A stretch of DNA of 64,000 nt from Clostridia bacterium (GCA_030527115.1 JAUNBM010000001.1:11631-75630), one strand, 5' to 3'; numbered from the stretch's first letter, positions 18,713 to 29,026 are shown. The notes: generated from the sequence alone by a model not told the origin. Made by a program: numbers and translations.

Positions 18713-19767
18713 ATGCCGTCCTCACGCTCAGCCAGTTTGTCGCGAATAAACTGCAAACTCATCAGCTTCTCCTTGACCTGCTCGACATTCAAAAGCCGTG
18801 TATTGCTACTGTTGAACTCCGTCAAAACATTTCGCTCGATATCGCCTTGCTTGAAATACTTGTCATAGTTCAGGTCACGCTTATCGCATGGCACCCGGTA
18901 AAAATCACCTAAGTCATAGGCGTGTGCGCACTCCTCGTTAGTAAGGAGAGTTTCATACATCTTCTCGCCATGGCGTATTCCTATAATCCGGGCTTCCTCC
19001 TTGGCGTCGAATAATTCCCCGATAGCCTGAGCCAAAACGCCTATCGTGCAAGCAGGAGCTTTCTGCACCAGAATATCCCCGCTCACTCCGTTTTCAAAGG
19101 CGAATAGCACCAGATCCACCGCCTCGTCCAGGGACATAATAAAGCGCGTCATGTTTGGATCCGTGATCGTGATGGGCTTGCCGGCCTTAATCTGATCAAT
19201 CCAAAGAGGGATAACCGAGCCCCGCGAACACATTACGTTTCCGTATCTGGTACAGCATATTTTCGTCTTTTTGGTTGTCCTCGACTTGGCTACAACGACC
19301 TTTTCCATCATGGCCTTGCTCGTCCCCATCGCGTTGACGGGATATGCGGCCTTATCCGTAGAAAGGCAAATGACCGTCTTGACTCCTTCATCGATGGCGG
19401 CGGTGAGCACATTGTCCGTTCCAATTACATTGGTCTTGACCGCTTCCAACGGAAAGAACTCACAGCTCGGCACCTGCTTGAGTGCCGCCGCATGGAATAT
19501 GTAATCCACACCGTGCATAGCGTTCTTAACTGACGCCAAATCGCGCACATCCCCAATGTAAAAGGTTATCTTGTCCGCGACCTCGGGCATAGACACCTGT
19601 AAACTATGGCGCATATCGTCCTGCTTCTTTTCATCGCGGGAAAAGATGCGGATCTCTCCGATATCCGTCGTCAGGAAACGGTGAAGCACCGCGTTCCCAA
19701 ACGACCCGGTACCGCCGGTGATTAGGAGGGTTTTGCCGTGAAACCACGCGCTATTGTCTTCTCTCAT
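18709..19767 (-). CDS. fnlA: UDP-GlcNAc 4,6-dehydratase/5-epimerase (FnlA/CapE-like)
   Basis: GKTLLITGGTGSFGNAVLHRFL..EIRIFSRDEKKQDDMR closely resembles S. aureus CapE as I remember it. I use in-frame ATG 19767; the listed start 19779 is a GTG. Confidence 0.85.
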   Translation of the reverse strand: MREDNSAWFHGKTLLITGGTGSFGNAVLHRFLTTDIGEIRIFSRDEKKQDDMRHSLQVSMPEVADKITFYIGDVRDLASVKNAMHGVDYIFHAAALKQVPSCEFFPLEAVKTNVIGTDNVLTAAIDEGVKTVICLSTDKAAYPVNAMGTSKAMMEKVVVAKSRTTKKTKICCTRYGNVMCSRGSVIPLWIDQIKAGKPITITDPNMTRFIMSLDEAVDLVLFAFENGVSGDILVQKAPACTIGVLAQAIGELFDAKEEARIIGIRHGEKMYETLLTNEECAHAYDLGDFYRVPCDKRDLNYDKYFKQGDIERNVLTEFNSSNTRLLNVEQVKEKLMSLQFIRDKLAEREDGI

Positions 19768-19779
19768 TTCCCATTTCAC

Positions 19780-19984
19780 TCCCTATAGTATATTCATAAT
19801 AATGTTGCAAACAACCTCTACCGTTTTCATTCCTATGCGGATGCATGGGGAGGTGTAGCATTTGTCGTGCCGTTGAGATGGTGCTGAGATGTCTTTCATT
19901 CAGCACAAGCGGCAAAATGACCTTATCTTCCAAACGCTTGATGTATCCGTTCACCACTCGGTTCATCGCTTTCGGCGCATACAT
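19780..19984 (-). pseudogene. Possible remnant of an rve-type (DDE integrase-core) transposase C-terminus
   Basis: YAPKAMNRVVNGYIKRLEDKVILPLVLNERHLSTIS...MHPHRNENG loosely follows the transposase pattern P.A.N..ER....L..E.....VLNERHL.......YN..RPH. It has no N-terminal part and sits at a composition boundary. Confidence 0.3.
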
Positions 19985-20214
19985 CGTTTATCCTTGAGTT
20001 TTTGATTGGATTTACAAAGGAGTCTCTAATAATCTTCTTCTGTCAGTTCTCCGCTGATCATCGGATACAACTTTAACCATTTTACTACGACGTGCATAAC
20101 CGGTTCATTTCATTGCCTAACAACTTATTCTACAGGCACACATCCTCATTAACCTGTTTCACGTCGTCTTTATTCTATAACTCCTACTGCGTGTATTCTA
20201 ACTCATTTTTCATC

Positions 20215-20487
20215 TTAATCTGTGTTCTTTGTCTCATTGCTTTCCATAGTAAGGGCTTTTTTCTTGCTCAGGTACATACCAACCAACCCGCAACCAATGA
20301 AGATGGATGTGAATTTGATTACCCAAGGAAAATACTCCTGCAGAATCACTTGGCATATTTCTGTAGCTGTATCGCCGCCAATAACCATTGCCGCGATATA
20401 TCCGAGTACCGTTATTCCACCAGCGAATAAGGCAATTATAACCCCTATACTAAAGACTGTGTTAAACACATTTGCTATTTTTTTCAT
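20215..20487 (-). CDS. Small membrane protein (90 aa), unknown function
   Basis: ATG start and two to three hydrophobic helices. It lies 18 nt downstream of the DctM-like gene. Confidence 0.4.
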   Translation of the reverse strand: MKKIANVFNTVFSIGVIIALFAGGITVLGYIAAMVIGGDTATEICQVILQEYFPWVIKFTSIFIGCGLVGMYLSKKKALTMESNETKNTD

Positions 20488-20505
20488 TTCATTCTACCTC
20501 CTCCA

Positions 20506-21852
20506 TCAAAGTCCCATAATTGGGAGCAAGCCAAGAAGGCATAAAACTGACAAGATATAGTGGCATCCTATCCACACAAGGCAGTTTTTCGTTGTCTCTT
20601 TCATGCCTGCCCCGGCAATACCCATAGCCGTATACATGCAAAGCGCAAGCGGAGGAGTCATCCCCTCCATCGCTCCGGTGATAACGGGAAGCATAGCAGC
20701 GACTAAAAGCGGATTTCCACCGGCCGCCGCAAAAACTGAAATGATTGTTACACCAAATATCTTTGTCTGTGCTGAACCCGGCAATACCATTCCAAGTATT
20801 GCTGTTATCAGCGGTATGATGAAGGCGAGTGCAACATTCGGAAGGTTCCAGCTTTGAATGAATATACCTATCTGTGCGCCCACATCAGTTGCAGCAAAAA
20901 GATTACTAATGCAATAGGCAAAAAAGATTGTCGTCGCAACAGGGACAACACCAGTAACAGAACTCTTAATCGTCTCAACCATCTCTTTAGGCTTCGGCTT
21001 ATTCTTTGCTACTATGAGAGCATATATTGCGGCTAAACCCGGCGTGAACAGCAATAGACTGCTCGAAAGATTCCCCGCTCCCGTGCCAAGTCTTGCTGTA
21101 AAGAACGTACTCTTGAAGAAATAATCCAGAACAAACGGGAGAAGAATAACAACGGGCAGAAATAAGTTTTTCCAGCCAGCTTTCAATGTTTCTTTTATGC
21201 TGGGAATATCTTCCTTTTCCATTGGCTTAACTTTGTAAACTCGGCAGAAAATATACATAGTTACAATTCTCTGTAGGATGAACCATAATGCAATGCCCCA
21301 GCAGACAATCCAGAATGTCGATTGAGACATTTCAGCTCCGCTGAACTCATTGTAACATGCCAAGGCAGCGACGATAACTCCAGCAGGCGGTATCATGTTG
21401 CCCATTGTGGAAGATGATGCCTCAACATTTGCCGCAAGATGGGCGGGGAATCCCGATTTTTTCATCGCTGGAATTGTAAACACTCCTGTAGTCGCAACAT
21501 TACCTGCGCCAGAACCTGACAATGCCCCCATAAACGTAGACCCAATTATCGCTGTATACCCTGCGCCTCCGCGCAGACGCCCGAATATAGAGCAGATAAT
21601 GGCTACAACAGTGTCAACCGCATGTGTTGCATCAAGTATTTTTGCTAAAACTAAAAATGCAACAATGGCATAGAACAGCGTGTCGGTGGATGTTTTGCCT
21701 ATGTAGGTGAAAAAGTTCGACCATTCACCGGTGCAGATAATCATTAGAACGTACCCATAGAACATGCACTCGTAAATAGGTCTCCTAAACACCAAAAACG
21801 CAACGCAAATCACCGCTAACAGCCCAAGAATATAAAATACTTCAATCGGCAT
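20506..21852 (-). CDS. TRAP-transporter large permease (DctM-like)
   Basis: 448 aa and polytopic. GALSGSGAGNVATTGVFTIPAMKKSGFPAHLAANVEASSSTMGNMIPP matches the conserved DctM loop. There is no DctP and no normal-size DctQ adjacent. Confidence 0.7.
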   Translation of the reverse strand: MPIEVFYILGLLAVICVAFLVFRRPIYECMFYGYVLMIICTGEWSNFFTYIGKTSTDTLFYAIVAFLVLAKILDATHAVDTVVAIICSIFGRLRGGAGYTAIIGSTFMGALSGSGAGNVATTGVFTIPAMKKSGFPAHLAANVEASSSTMGNMIPPAGVIVAALACYNEFSGAEMSQSTFWIVCWGIALWFILQRIVTMYIFCRVYKVKPMEKEDIPSIKETLKAGWKNLFLPVVILLPFVLDYFFKSTFFTARLGTGAGNLSSSLLLFTPGLAAIYALIVAKNKPKPKEMVETIKSSVTGVVPVATTIFFAYCISNLFAATDVGAQIGIFIQSWNLPNVALAFIIPLITAILGMVLPGSAQTKIFGVTIISVFAAAGGNPLLVAAMLPVITGAMEGMTPPLALCMYTAMGIAGAGMKETTKNCLVWIGCHYILSVLCLLGLLPIMGL

Positions 21853-21876
21853 TGTATTCCCTCTCTCTCCTTCTTT

Positions 21877-22941
21877 TTATTCAAGCAATTCGGGATTGAA
21901 TTCTCTCCCATTTGCTCTAAAATCATTGTCAAGTACAGCGCTCGCTAAGTCGATGATGGCTGTAATATTCGGTACTGTAATGCCACAGTATTTTGCGGCA
22001 TTTTCTATTGGAACTAAGCCGCAAGGCACATCCTCCAAAAGATATCGGTGATGAAGAGTCCTCGGCGCATCGATTTCTTTGTACGCCTCGGTTGTTCTTA
22101 TACAAGAGTGAAAATCGTCGCCTTTAGCTCCGTATGTACGCTTCAACCATTCTTGCGTAGACTCGATATCATATCCCAACGCATGAGCAACAGAAAGCCG
22201 TTCGCTATCAACTTTTTCCAGAAAACGTGCCACGCTTGGAGATATGCCATCGTAATAGTATTTGAAATCAACCTTCGGTGTTTCTATCCAGCCGATATTC
22301 ATAAGAACAGGGGCACAGTGCAACACCATGCCGACGTTGGAGAGTGATGTAATAATTACGGACTCGGTCGGGACAAAATAGTTCCTCAAGCATTTTGGCA
22401 TTCTTGATAGTATCAAGTCTATATCAGATGATTTAATGGCAGCAATTTTTACATCGTGTTTCAGCGCATATATCACGGTGCTGTTCTTGTCACTCCGGCG
22501 ACATGTATAAACAATAGTTTGTGTCTCTGCGATATGCGGCATCTCTTTTACTCCGCAGTCTTTCAAAGTCCGAGCAAACTCTATTGCACCGAACGTCCTG
22601 CCGGGGTTTAGAACAATTACCATTTCCTTATGCACATATGGTGCTAAAGCTCTTGCAACATCTTTATGTGCACTACTCGGCGTTGTAACCATCACAAAAT
22701 TTGAGACTACCTCTGCGATATTGGATGAGGCCTTTTCAATAACTGCCGTACCGTTGACGATACCGGAGCACTCGATTTGATGCGATTCAATCACGTCAGC
22801 TATATTCTCGGGCGTTCTATTCCACAACGTCACAGTTACACCGGACAAAGCCAGATGAGCGGCCATTGACAGGCCTTGATGTCCTCCCCCGCAGACAAAT
22901 ACCTCTTCTGTTGGCTTATCGGCTATGCTGATATTAACCAT
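21877..22941 (-). CDS. NAD(P)-dependent octopine/nopaline (opine) dehydrogenase-family protein
   Basis: VFVCGGGHQGLSMAAHLALSGVTVTLWNR Rossmann N-terminus. The C-terminal YYYDGISPSVARFLEKVDSERLSVAHALGY resembles the opine-dehydrogenase C-terminal domain. ATG 22941 overlaps the upstream stop (ATGGTTAA); the listed start 22962 is TTG. Confidence 0.7.
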   Translation of the reverse strand: MVNISIADKPTEEVFVCGGGHQGLSMAAHLALSGVTVTLWNRTPENIADVIESHQIECSGIVNGTAVIEKASSNIAEVVSNFVMVTTPSSAHKDVARALAPYVHKEMVIVLNPGRTFGAIEFARTLKDCGVKEMPHIAETQTIVYTCRRSDKNSTVIYALKHDVKIAAIKSSDIDLILSRMPKCLRNYFVPTESVIITSLSNVGMVLHCAPVLMNIGWIETPKVDFKYYYDGISPSVARFLEKVDSERLSVAHALGYDIESTQEWLKRTYGAKGDDFHSCIRTTEAYKEIDAPRTLHHRYLLEDVPCGLVPIENAAKYCGITVPNITAIIDLASAVLDNDFRANGREFNPELLE

Positions 22942-24562
22942 TATTCGCGTCCAAGTGGGCAAGACGTGCCGCTTCGCTCAACACACCCTTTGTCTGTTTA
23001 TCATAAGCTACACAGGCGCCGTTAGCAAAGGTTGTGTGCAAATCTCCTTTGAACTTATCCCCCTTAACAATGTGAACAGTATCCATATATCCCTTCTTTA
23101 CAACATCGACAAGAATAACCGGATTCATTAACGGGTCTGAATCATATGAATACTTGTTGCGTATGAAATCCAACAACACCCTCGCCTCAGAAATAAGCTC
23201 TTCTTTCCGAGCAGCAATTCTTTCGTCCTTCTCCATTGAGAACTTATCTCCCAATGTGTGCCTGATAACGCCCTTCACTATCTTACAGCTTTCAATTATC
23301 TCTTCCGCTCCCGCCGCATGGTCCGCCTCACAGTACCCGACAACGTGTATGATATGCGGTTTTACCGCCATCTGCATAAATGTGGAAGCCGCAAGCTGCC
23401 CTTTTGCCACATAGGGGTCGGCGTTGAACAGGGGCAGTCCCGCTCGAGTCTGGCGGTATGTTTTAAAACTGTCATCTTCCAGGCTTTCCACCATTTCAAT
23501 CATTGCAAGTACTCTGGCATAGTCCATTGAGAACGAGATGCCGTTGGGATTGTTGAACATATATTGTGCGATGTAGTTCTTCACACCGAGCTTCTTAGCG
23601 TTATAAGCGGCTATATAAGCGGCTGCAACCGGTATTACATCGTGTGCATCTCGAAGTCCCCAGTGATGCGGCTCATTGAGTTCAACGGGGACGTTGCGCT
23701 CAGCGTGCCAATGGATGAGCTCCTGTGCCTCCTTGACGGATACCTCTATCGGCCTCGTCCCGCGACCATCCATTTCGTTATACCAAAAGAGCGGAATTGC
23801 CGTCCATGCGTTATCAATCGTTCTGAGAAGAGTATCGGCATACTTGAACACATCTGCTGTTCCGCTATAACAGCGCATAAGAGGGAAATTTCCGCGCTTC
23901 GATGCCTCCTTGAGTCGCCGAAAATCATCTTCTGACCTTATAGGCACACCGCCTGCGCCGTCAAATTCCTTTTGCATATGTTCTTGGTCAAACAGATACT
24001 GCTGCGCATTCTGGTCAGGCCCGAGGGAGACAACATCCAACACCTTCGCATTAGATACTTTCTTAACAGCGTCTACCGTTGCATCCATTGTGGGCAAGCC
24101 CAAGTGATGTCGCAGTATCGGGTATGGGTAGGACTTCTTTATCCGCTCCATAAGCGTTGCGCCATAGCTGTCAGCGCCTTCAATCTTATTATCTCTGCGC
24201 AAAAATCTGATTGAATCATTGATGTCGTCGAAGCCATCTGAGATGAATGAGAATAGACCGTATCTCGTCGCCACATCCGCCACGGGCTTTGTTCCGCCAA
24301 AGACCCAGACGGGGGAATAGTCAAGCCTATCCGCTCTTTCCTTAACTTCATCCAGCAGAGAAATAACATTCGCCGGAGTCAATCGATAGCTAATTCCTAT
24401 CATGTCCGGACGAAATAAGTGTATCTCTTCAAATAATTTGTCTATTGGGACTGCAGGTCCCATAAACCGGCATTCGTATCCTTCTTCTTCAGCAAGCTGA
24501 AGAAAATGATACACACCCGCAACATGGACACAGTTGCCAATGGATGCACCTAATAACTTCAT
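22934..24562 (-). CDS. B12-binding-like (flavodoxin-fold) domain fused to a large C-terminal domain of unknown function
   Basis: The N-terminus LLGASIGNCVHVAGVYHFLQLAEEEGYECRFMG..DMIGISYRL follows the layout of cobalamin-binding domains, but the DxHxxG motif reads NCVHVAG (Asp missing). I cannot place the remaining ~400 aa. AAGGAG lies 8 nt upstream of ATG 24562. Confidence 0.55.
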   Translation of the reverse strand: MKLLGASIGNCVHVAGVYHFLQLAEEEGYECRFMGPAVPIDKLFEEIHLFRPDMIGISYRLTPANVISLLDEVKERADRLDYSPVWVFGGTKPVADVATRYGLFSFISDGFDDINDSIRFLRRDNKIEGADSYGATLMERIKKSYPYPILRHHLGLPTMDATVDAVKKVSNAKVLDVVSLGPDQNAQQYLFDQEHMQKEFDGAGGVPIRSEDDFRRLKEASKRGNFPLMRCYSGTADVFKYADTLLRTIDNAWTAIPLFWYNEMDGRGTRPIEVSVKEAQELIHWHAERNVPVELNEPHHWGLRDAHDVIPVAAAYIAAYNAKKLGVKNYIAQYMFNNPNGISFSMDYARVLAMIEMVESLEDDSFKTYRQTRAGLPLFNADPYVAKGQLAASTFMQMAVKPHIIHVVGYCEADHAAGAEEIIESCKIVKGVIRHTLGDKFSMEKDERIAARKEELISEARVLLDFIRNKYSYDSDPLMNPVILVDVVKKGYMDTVHIVKGDKFKGDLHTTFANGACVAYDKQTKGVLSEAARLAHLDANNG

Positions 24563-24577
24563 ATATTAGTCTCCTTT

Positions 24578-24664
24578 TTAATAACATTTGCGGTTCAAGA
24601 CGGCGTTCCCAAACGACCCGGTGCCGCCGGTGATCAATAGGGTTTTGTTTGTAAAATACGACAT
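24578..24664 (-). pseudogene. Orphan 5' stub (28 codons) of a CapE/FnlA/PseB-type dehydratase gene
   Basis: Reverse-strand translation is MSYFTNKTLLITGGTGSFGNAVLNRKCY-stop. AAGGAG lies upstream, directly after the rmlB stop. Positions 24603..24647 match fnlA 19691..19735 with 4 mismatches in 45 nt. Confidence 0.7.
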
Positions 24665-24675
24665 AATGAGCTCCT

Positions 24676-25701
24676 TTACCTATTTCCGTACATCTGCTGG
24701 TAATAATTCTGATACTCGCCCGATATGATTGTTCCCCACCACGACCTGTTGTTCAGATACCATTGAATCGTCAATTTAATGCCCTCCTCAAACTTAGTTT
24801 CGGGAAGCCACCCAAGCTCATTATGGATCTTTGTCGGGTCAATAGCATATCGCAAATCATGGCCTTTTCGATCGGTGACATATGTAATCAGGCTTTCCGG
24901 TTTACCAAGTTCTTTGCAGATTAGCCTGACTATATCAATGTTGCGCATCTCATTGTGGCCCCCGATGTTGTATACCTCACCTGCTCTGCCATTATGAATG
25001 ATTAAATCTATCGCCTTGCAATGGTCTTTAACATACAGCCAGTCCCGCACATTCAGTCCTTCTCCATATACGGGCAAGGGCTTGTCGTTAAGACAATTTG
25101 CAATCATCAGCGGAATGAGTTTCTCGGGGAAATGATAAGGCCCGTAATTATTCGAGCAACGGCTTATGGTTACCGGTAATCCATAGGTTCTATGGTAAGC
25201 AAGGGCAAGAAGATCCGCTGCGGCCTTCGAGGAGCTGTACGGACTGCTTGTATGAATCGGCGTTTCCTCCGTAAACAGCAGATCGGGACGGTCAAGCGGC
25301 AGATCTCCGTAAACCTCATCCGTACTCACCTGATGGAAGCGCTCAATTCCGTATTTGCGGCAAGCGTCCATCATCACCGCTGTTCCCATAATATTCGTTT
25401 CAAGAAAGACCCCGGGATTTTCTATGCTTCTGTCAACGTGGCTTTCCGCCGCAAAGTTGACAACGATGTTCGGCTTTTCTTCCTCAAATAGCCTGTATAC
25501 AGCATCACGGTCGCAGATGTCCGCCCTAACAAAACGAAACTGCGGATTATCCATAACCGATGAAAGCGTTGCAAGATTGCCTGCGTAGGTCAGCTTATCC
25601 AGACAAACGATACGGTAGTTCGGATATTTATCAAGCAGGTAGAAAATGAAATTTGAACCGATAAACCCTGCGCCACCGGTAACAATCAGAGTCTTATTCA
25701 T
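24676..25701 (-). CDS. rmlB: dTDP-glucose 4,6-dehydratase
   Basis: [18 protein letters not shown] start at ATG 25701, overlapping the rmlA stop (ATGA). [11 protein letters not shown] active-site YxxxK. The 72 extra N-terminal codons of the listed ORF overlap rmlA. Confidence 0.92.
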   Translation of the reverse strand: MNKTLIVTGGAGFIGSNFIFYLLDKYPNYRIVCLDKLTYAGNLATLSSVMDNPQFRFVRADICDRDAVYRLFEEEKPNIVVNFAAESHVDRSIENPGVFLETNIMGTAVMMDACRKYGIERFHQVSTDEVYGDLPLDRPDLLFTEETPIHTSSPYSSSKAAADLLALAYHRTYGLPVTISRCSNNYGPYHFPEKLIPLMIANCLNDKPLPVYGEGLNVRDWLYVKDHCKAIDLIIHNGRAGEVYNIGGHNEMRNIDIVRLICKELGKPESLITYVTDRKGHDLRYAIDPTKIHNELGWLPETKFEEGIKLTIQWYLNNRSWWGTIISGEYQNYYQQMYGNR

Positions 25702-26585
25702 GCTCTCAACGCCTCCTTGGCCAATGAAATAAGGTACTGTCCATAATCCGTCATACTCAATTCCTCCCCAATCGACATCAGTTGCTCCGTCGATATGAAT
25801 TTGCGCCGCCACGCAATTTCCTCTATGCAAGAAACATAAAAGCCCTGTCTGGACTGAACCGCCTCCACAAACTCCGCCGCTTTCAGCATTCCATCCGGAC
25901 TGCCGGTATCCAGCCATGCAACTCCTCGGCCCAGAAGCTGAACATGGAGCTTGCCCTTCGCAAGATAGGCATTGTTTACGGCTGTGATTTCGATTTCACC
26001 GCGGGCGGAGGGCTTGACGTTCTTAGCAATCTCAATTACACGGTTATCATAGAAATAGAGTCCCGGAACGGCGTAATTTGACTTTGGATTTTCCGGCTTT
26101 TCTTCAATGCTGACGACCTTATGCTCCCTGTCAAATTCCACCACGCCGAAGCTCCTCGCATCTTTGACCGGATATCCGAAGATGCAAGCTCCTTCGTTGT
26201 CTTCAACTTTCTTTATCGCATTCCACAAAGTCCTCGAAAGGTCTTGACCGTAGAACACATTGTCACCAAGAATAAGGCATACCGAGTCAGACCCGATAAA
26301 CTCCTCGCCGAGTATGAAGGCGTCTGCAAGCCCGCGCGGACTGTTCTGCACCTTGTACGAGAAGCTGACGCCTATTCTCGAACCATCTCCAAGCAAGCGT
26401 TCATATACAGGCGTGTCCTCCGGCGTGGAAATAATCAGTATTTCTCGGATGCCTGCCAAGAGCAGCATGGATAAAGGATAGTAGATAAGCGGCTTGTCGT
26501 AAATCGGCAAAAGCTGCTTTGAAACGGCCTTTGTTATCGGGTAAAGTCGAGTACCCTTTCCCCCGGCTAAGATAATGCCCTTCAT
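25698..26585 (-). CDS. rmlA: Glucose-1-phosphate thymidylyltransferase
   Basis: [39 protein letters not shown] is the canonical RmlA N-terminus. Confidence 0.92.
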   Translation of the reverse strand: MKGIILAGGKGTRLYPITKAVSKQLLPIYDKPLIYYPLSMLLLAGIREILIISTPEDTPVYERLLGDGSRIGVSFSYKVQNSPRGLADAFILGEEFIGSDSVCLILGDNVFYGQDLSRTLWNAIKKVEDNEGACIFGYPVKDARSFGVVEFDREHKVVSIEEKPENPKSNYAVPGLYFYDNRVIEIAKNVKPSARGEIEITAVNNAYLAKGKLHVQLLGRGVAWLDTGSPDGMLKAAEFVEAVQSRQGFYVSCIEEIAWRRKFISTEQLMSIGEELSMTDYGQYLISLAKEALRA

Positions 26586-26605
26586 TTTGGTTCCCTCCGT
26601 AGAAT

Positions 26606-27715
26606 TTATTTTAATATTAGCTCACATATCCTATCGACATCTTCGAGCGCGAGGTCGGCATACAGCGGGAGCGTGAGAACACGCTCTGCGATACGTGTGG
26701 CAATCGGCGTTCTTTCTCCGCCGGCGGTCGGATAATCCTTGTAAGCCGTTGTTGTATTAATCGACGGATAGAAATATTTGCGGGCGGTGATGCCCTGTGC
26801 CAGCAGACGATCGCAAATCTCATCCCGGGTATATTTATAGCCGTCAAAGACGGCCGGAAAATACGCATAATTGGATATGACGTCCGGTTGCGGTTGGTTG
26901 AGGATGATGCCGGTCGTGCTGCTAAGCCGTTCACGGTATCTTTCGCAAACTCGTTTGCGTTTGGCAATCTCGTCTTTCAAGTGACGAAGGTTACATAGCC
27001 CCATTGCCGCTTGAAACTCGTTCATTTTAGCGTTTCCGCCAATGTAATTCACATCCTCTTGACTTTGGATGCCGAAATTCTTATAAGCGTCGCACAGCGA
27101 AACCAGCTTGTCATCCGAATAGCAAACCGCACCACCCTCTATGGTATGGAACACCTTAGTTGCATGAAAGCTGAACATGGATGCGTCGCCAAAGCACGCT
27201 GAGCTGACGCCCTTATAGGTCACACCGAAAGAGTGCGCCGCATCATAAATTACTTTTAATTTGTGCCTGTCCGCAATGCGCTTGATTTCCTCCACATCGC
27301 ATAGATTTCCATAAACATGAACCGGAACGATTGCCGAGGTCTTTTTCGTAATCAGAGCTTCGATTTTTGTTGTATCTATGGTGTAATCGACCGGGTTGAT
27401 ATCGCAGAAAACAGGCGTCAATCCGCAGCGCACTATCGCATGTGTGGTTGATGCAAAGGTGAAAGGCGATGTGATAACCTCACTTCCGCGGGGCAACTGC
27501 ATTGCGGTAATAATATTCTCAAGCCCCAGATGACCGTTTGCGTACAGGGTGACATGAGGGACGCCCCAATATTTCTCAAGCTCCTCCTGAAGCTGACGGT
27601 GTTTCGCTCCCATGTTGGTCAGCCATCGGCTATCCCATAATTCTTTTATTTCCGCACAGTATTCCTCGAAAGAGGGCATCGATGAACGGGTTACCTGTAT
27701 TTTTTCTCTGTTCAT
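26606..27715 (-). CDS. DegT/DnrJ/EryC1/StrS-family sugar aminotransferase (probably acts on dTDP-4-keto-6-deoxyglucose)
   Basis: 369 aa. The [16 protein letters not shown] region, DAAHSFG and [14 protein letters not shown] (PLP lysine) motifs are present. Substrate is inferred from adjacency to rmlA/rmlB and the absence of rmlC/rmlD. Confidence 0.8.
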   Translation of the reverse strand: MNREKIQVTRSSMPSFEEYCAEIKELWDSRWLTNMGAKHRQLQEELEKYWGVPHVTLYANGHLGLENIITAMQLPRGSEVITSPFTFASTTHAIVRCGLTPVFCDINPVDYTIDTTKIEALITKKTSAIVPVHVYGNLCDVEEIKRIADRHKLKVIYDAAHSFGVTYKGVSSACFGDASMFSFHATKVFHTIEGGAVCYSDDKLVSLCDAYKNFGIQSQEDVNYIGGNAKMNEFQAAMGLCNLRHLKDEIAKRKRVCERYRERLSSTTGIILNQPQPDVISNYAYFPAVFDGYKYTRDEICDRLLAQGITARKYFYPSINTTTAYKDYPTAGGERTPIATRIAERVLTLPLYADLALEDVDRICELILK

Positions 27716-27737
27716 TTTGTTTTTCTCCTCTGCTTTA

Positions 27738-29015
27738 TTACAAAAGTCCGTACAGCAAAACCAAACATACCCAAGCCGTTACAAGGCCAATTATGCCAAT
27801 CAGACCGCCTATTTTGAAGTAGTCCTTAAAGCGATAGCCTGCAACTTGAACCATTGTAACCGATGTTGTTGCTGCCGGCGTTGCCATTGCTAAACTTGCA
27901 CCAAACACGCATGCCATAGCAATCGGCATCGGATTGCACCCAACTTCAATTGCCATTGGGATTCCGACTGCCGCCAACATGGATACAAGGGAACCGTTTG
28001 ACATAAACAGCGAAAGCACGTAACCCGAGACAAGGAACAAGGTAACTAACACAATGGGATTTGCAACCCCTTCCCCCAGAATGTCTACAAGCCAGTTGAT
28101 AATACTCTCTCCGACACCGGAATTTACAAAGCCTTTCGCAATCCCAAGGGCGGCTCCAAGGGTCACTATCGCAGGCCAAAACATATTTTTCAAAGCCTTC
28201 TTGCCATCCACGCACTTGGTCATTATAAGAATAAGGGCACCCGTTATTGCTATCTGTCCTAACTCCCATCCGAACGGCTGAATCACAAAGAGGATTGCAC
28301 ATACAATGAAAATTGTAATCGATATGCCTGCTTTTCTCTTATTGATTGGAACATCGCTTACATTTTGTTCCGATTCTTCTGATACTTCTTGAAAGTCAAA
28401 GCACTTCACTTGCACCTTGTAAAGGAAAGTCATATAGCAAACTGCTATTACCGCAACAATTGAAAATGCAATCGGGAAGGTTTCAAAAAACCCCATGGTC
28501 TCTGCGCCTACCTCGGCAAGCACATTATTTGCCAGCAATGGGGCGGTGCTTCCCGCAAGAGTTCCCGTTCCCCCTATTAGGCCTCCCGCAGCAAGGGGTA
28601 AGTATGTGTTCTTCTTGGTAATTCTGCCTCCCGATGTTGCAGCAACGGAGGCAATGAACGGCATGAACATAGCTACCAGAGATGCATTTGTCATAAACAT
28701 CGAAAGTACGGCAGCAAGCAGAAAGACTACAACTACAAATGTTTTCTCCTTTTTCCCAACATATTTTGTCAATACTTTCCCAATCTTTCCCCCAATGCCG
28801 CTTTCCAATAAGGCATTGATGATTATCACCATGCCAATAACAAGCAATACCGCAGTGTTTGTAAACCCGGAAAATGCTTCTGCAGGGGTTAATATGCCTG
28901 CATAAACCATCGCTAACATTCCGACCGTCGTCGTTACTGCAACGGGAAAAATCTCAAGCACATATAATAAACATGTGCATCCAACTATAATTAATGCAAT
29001 TGTGCTGTTGTCCAT
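27738..29015 (-). CDS. SLC13/DASS (ion-transporter superfamily) solute permease
   Basis: 425 aa and polytopic with a two-fold internal arrangement. The FTNTAVLLVIGMVIIINALLESG and SMFMTNASLVAMFMP / SLFMSNGSLVSMLAA hairpin-like SN-motif repeats are typical of DASS/CitMHS-like permeases. Confidence 0.7.
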   Translation of the reverse strand: MDNSTIALIIVGCTCLLYVLEIFPVAVTTTVGMLAMVYAGILTPAEAFSGFTNTAVLLVIGMVIIINALLESGIGGKIGKVLTKYVGKKEKTFVVVVFLLAAVLSMFMTNASLVAMFMPFIASVAATSGGRITKKNTYLPLAAGGLIGGTGTLAGSTAPLLANNVLAEVGAETMGFFETFPIAFSIVAVIAVCYMTFLYKVQVKCFDFQEVSEESEQNVSDVPINKRKAGISITIFIVCAILFVIQPFGWELGQIAITGALILIMTKCVDGKKALKNMFWPAIVTLGAALGIAKGFVNSGVGESIINWLVDILGEGVANPIVLVTLFLVSGYVLSLFMSNGSLVSMLAAVGIPMAIEVGCNPMPIAMACVFGASLAMATPAATTSVTMVQVAGYRFKDYFKIGGLIGIIGLVTAWVCLVLLYGLL

Positions 29016-29026
29016 AGCTTATTCTC

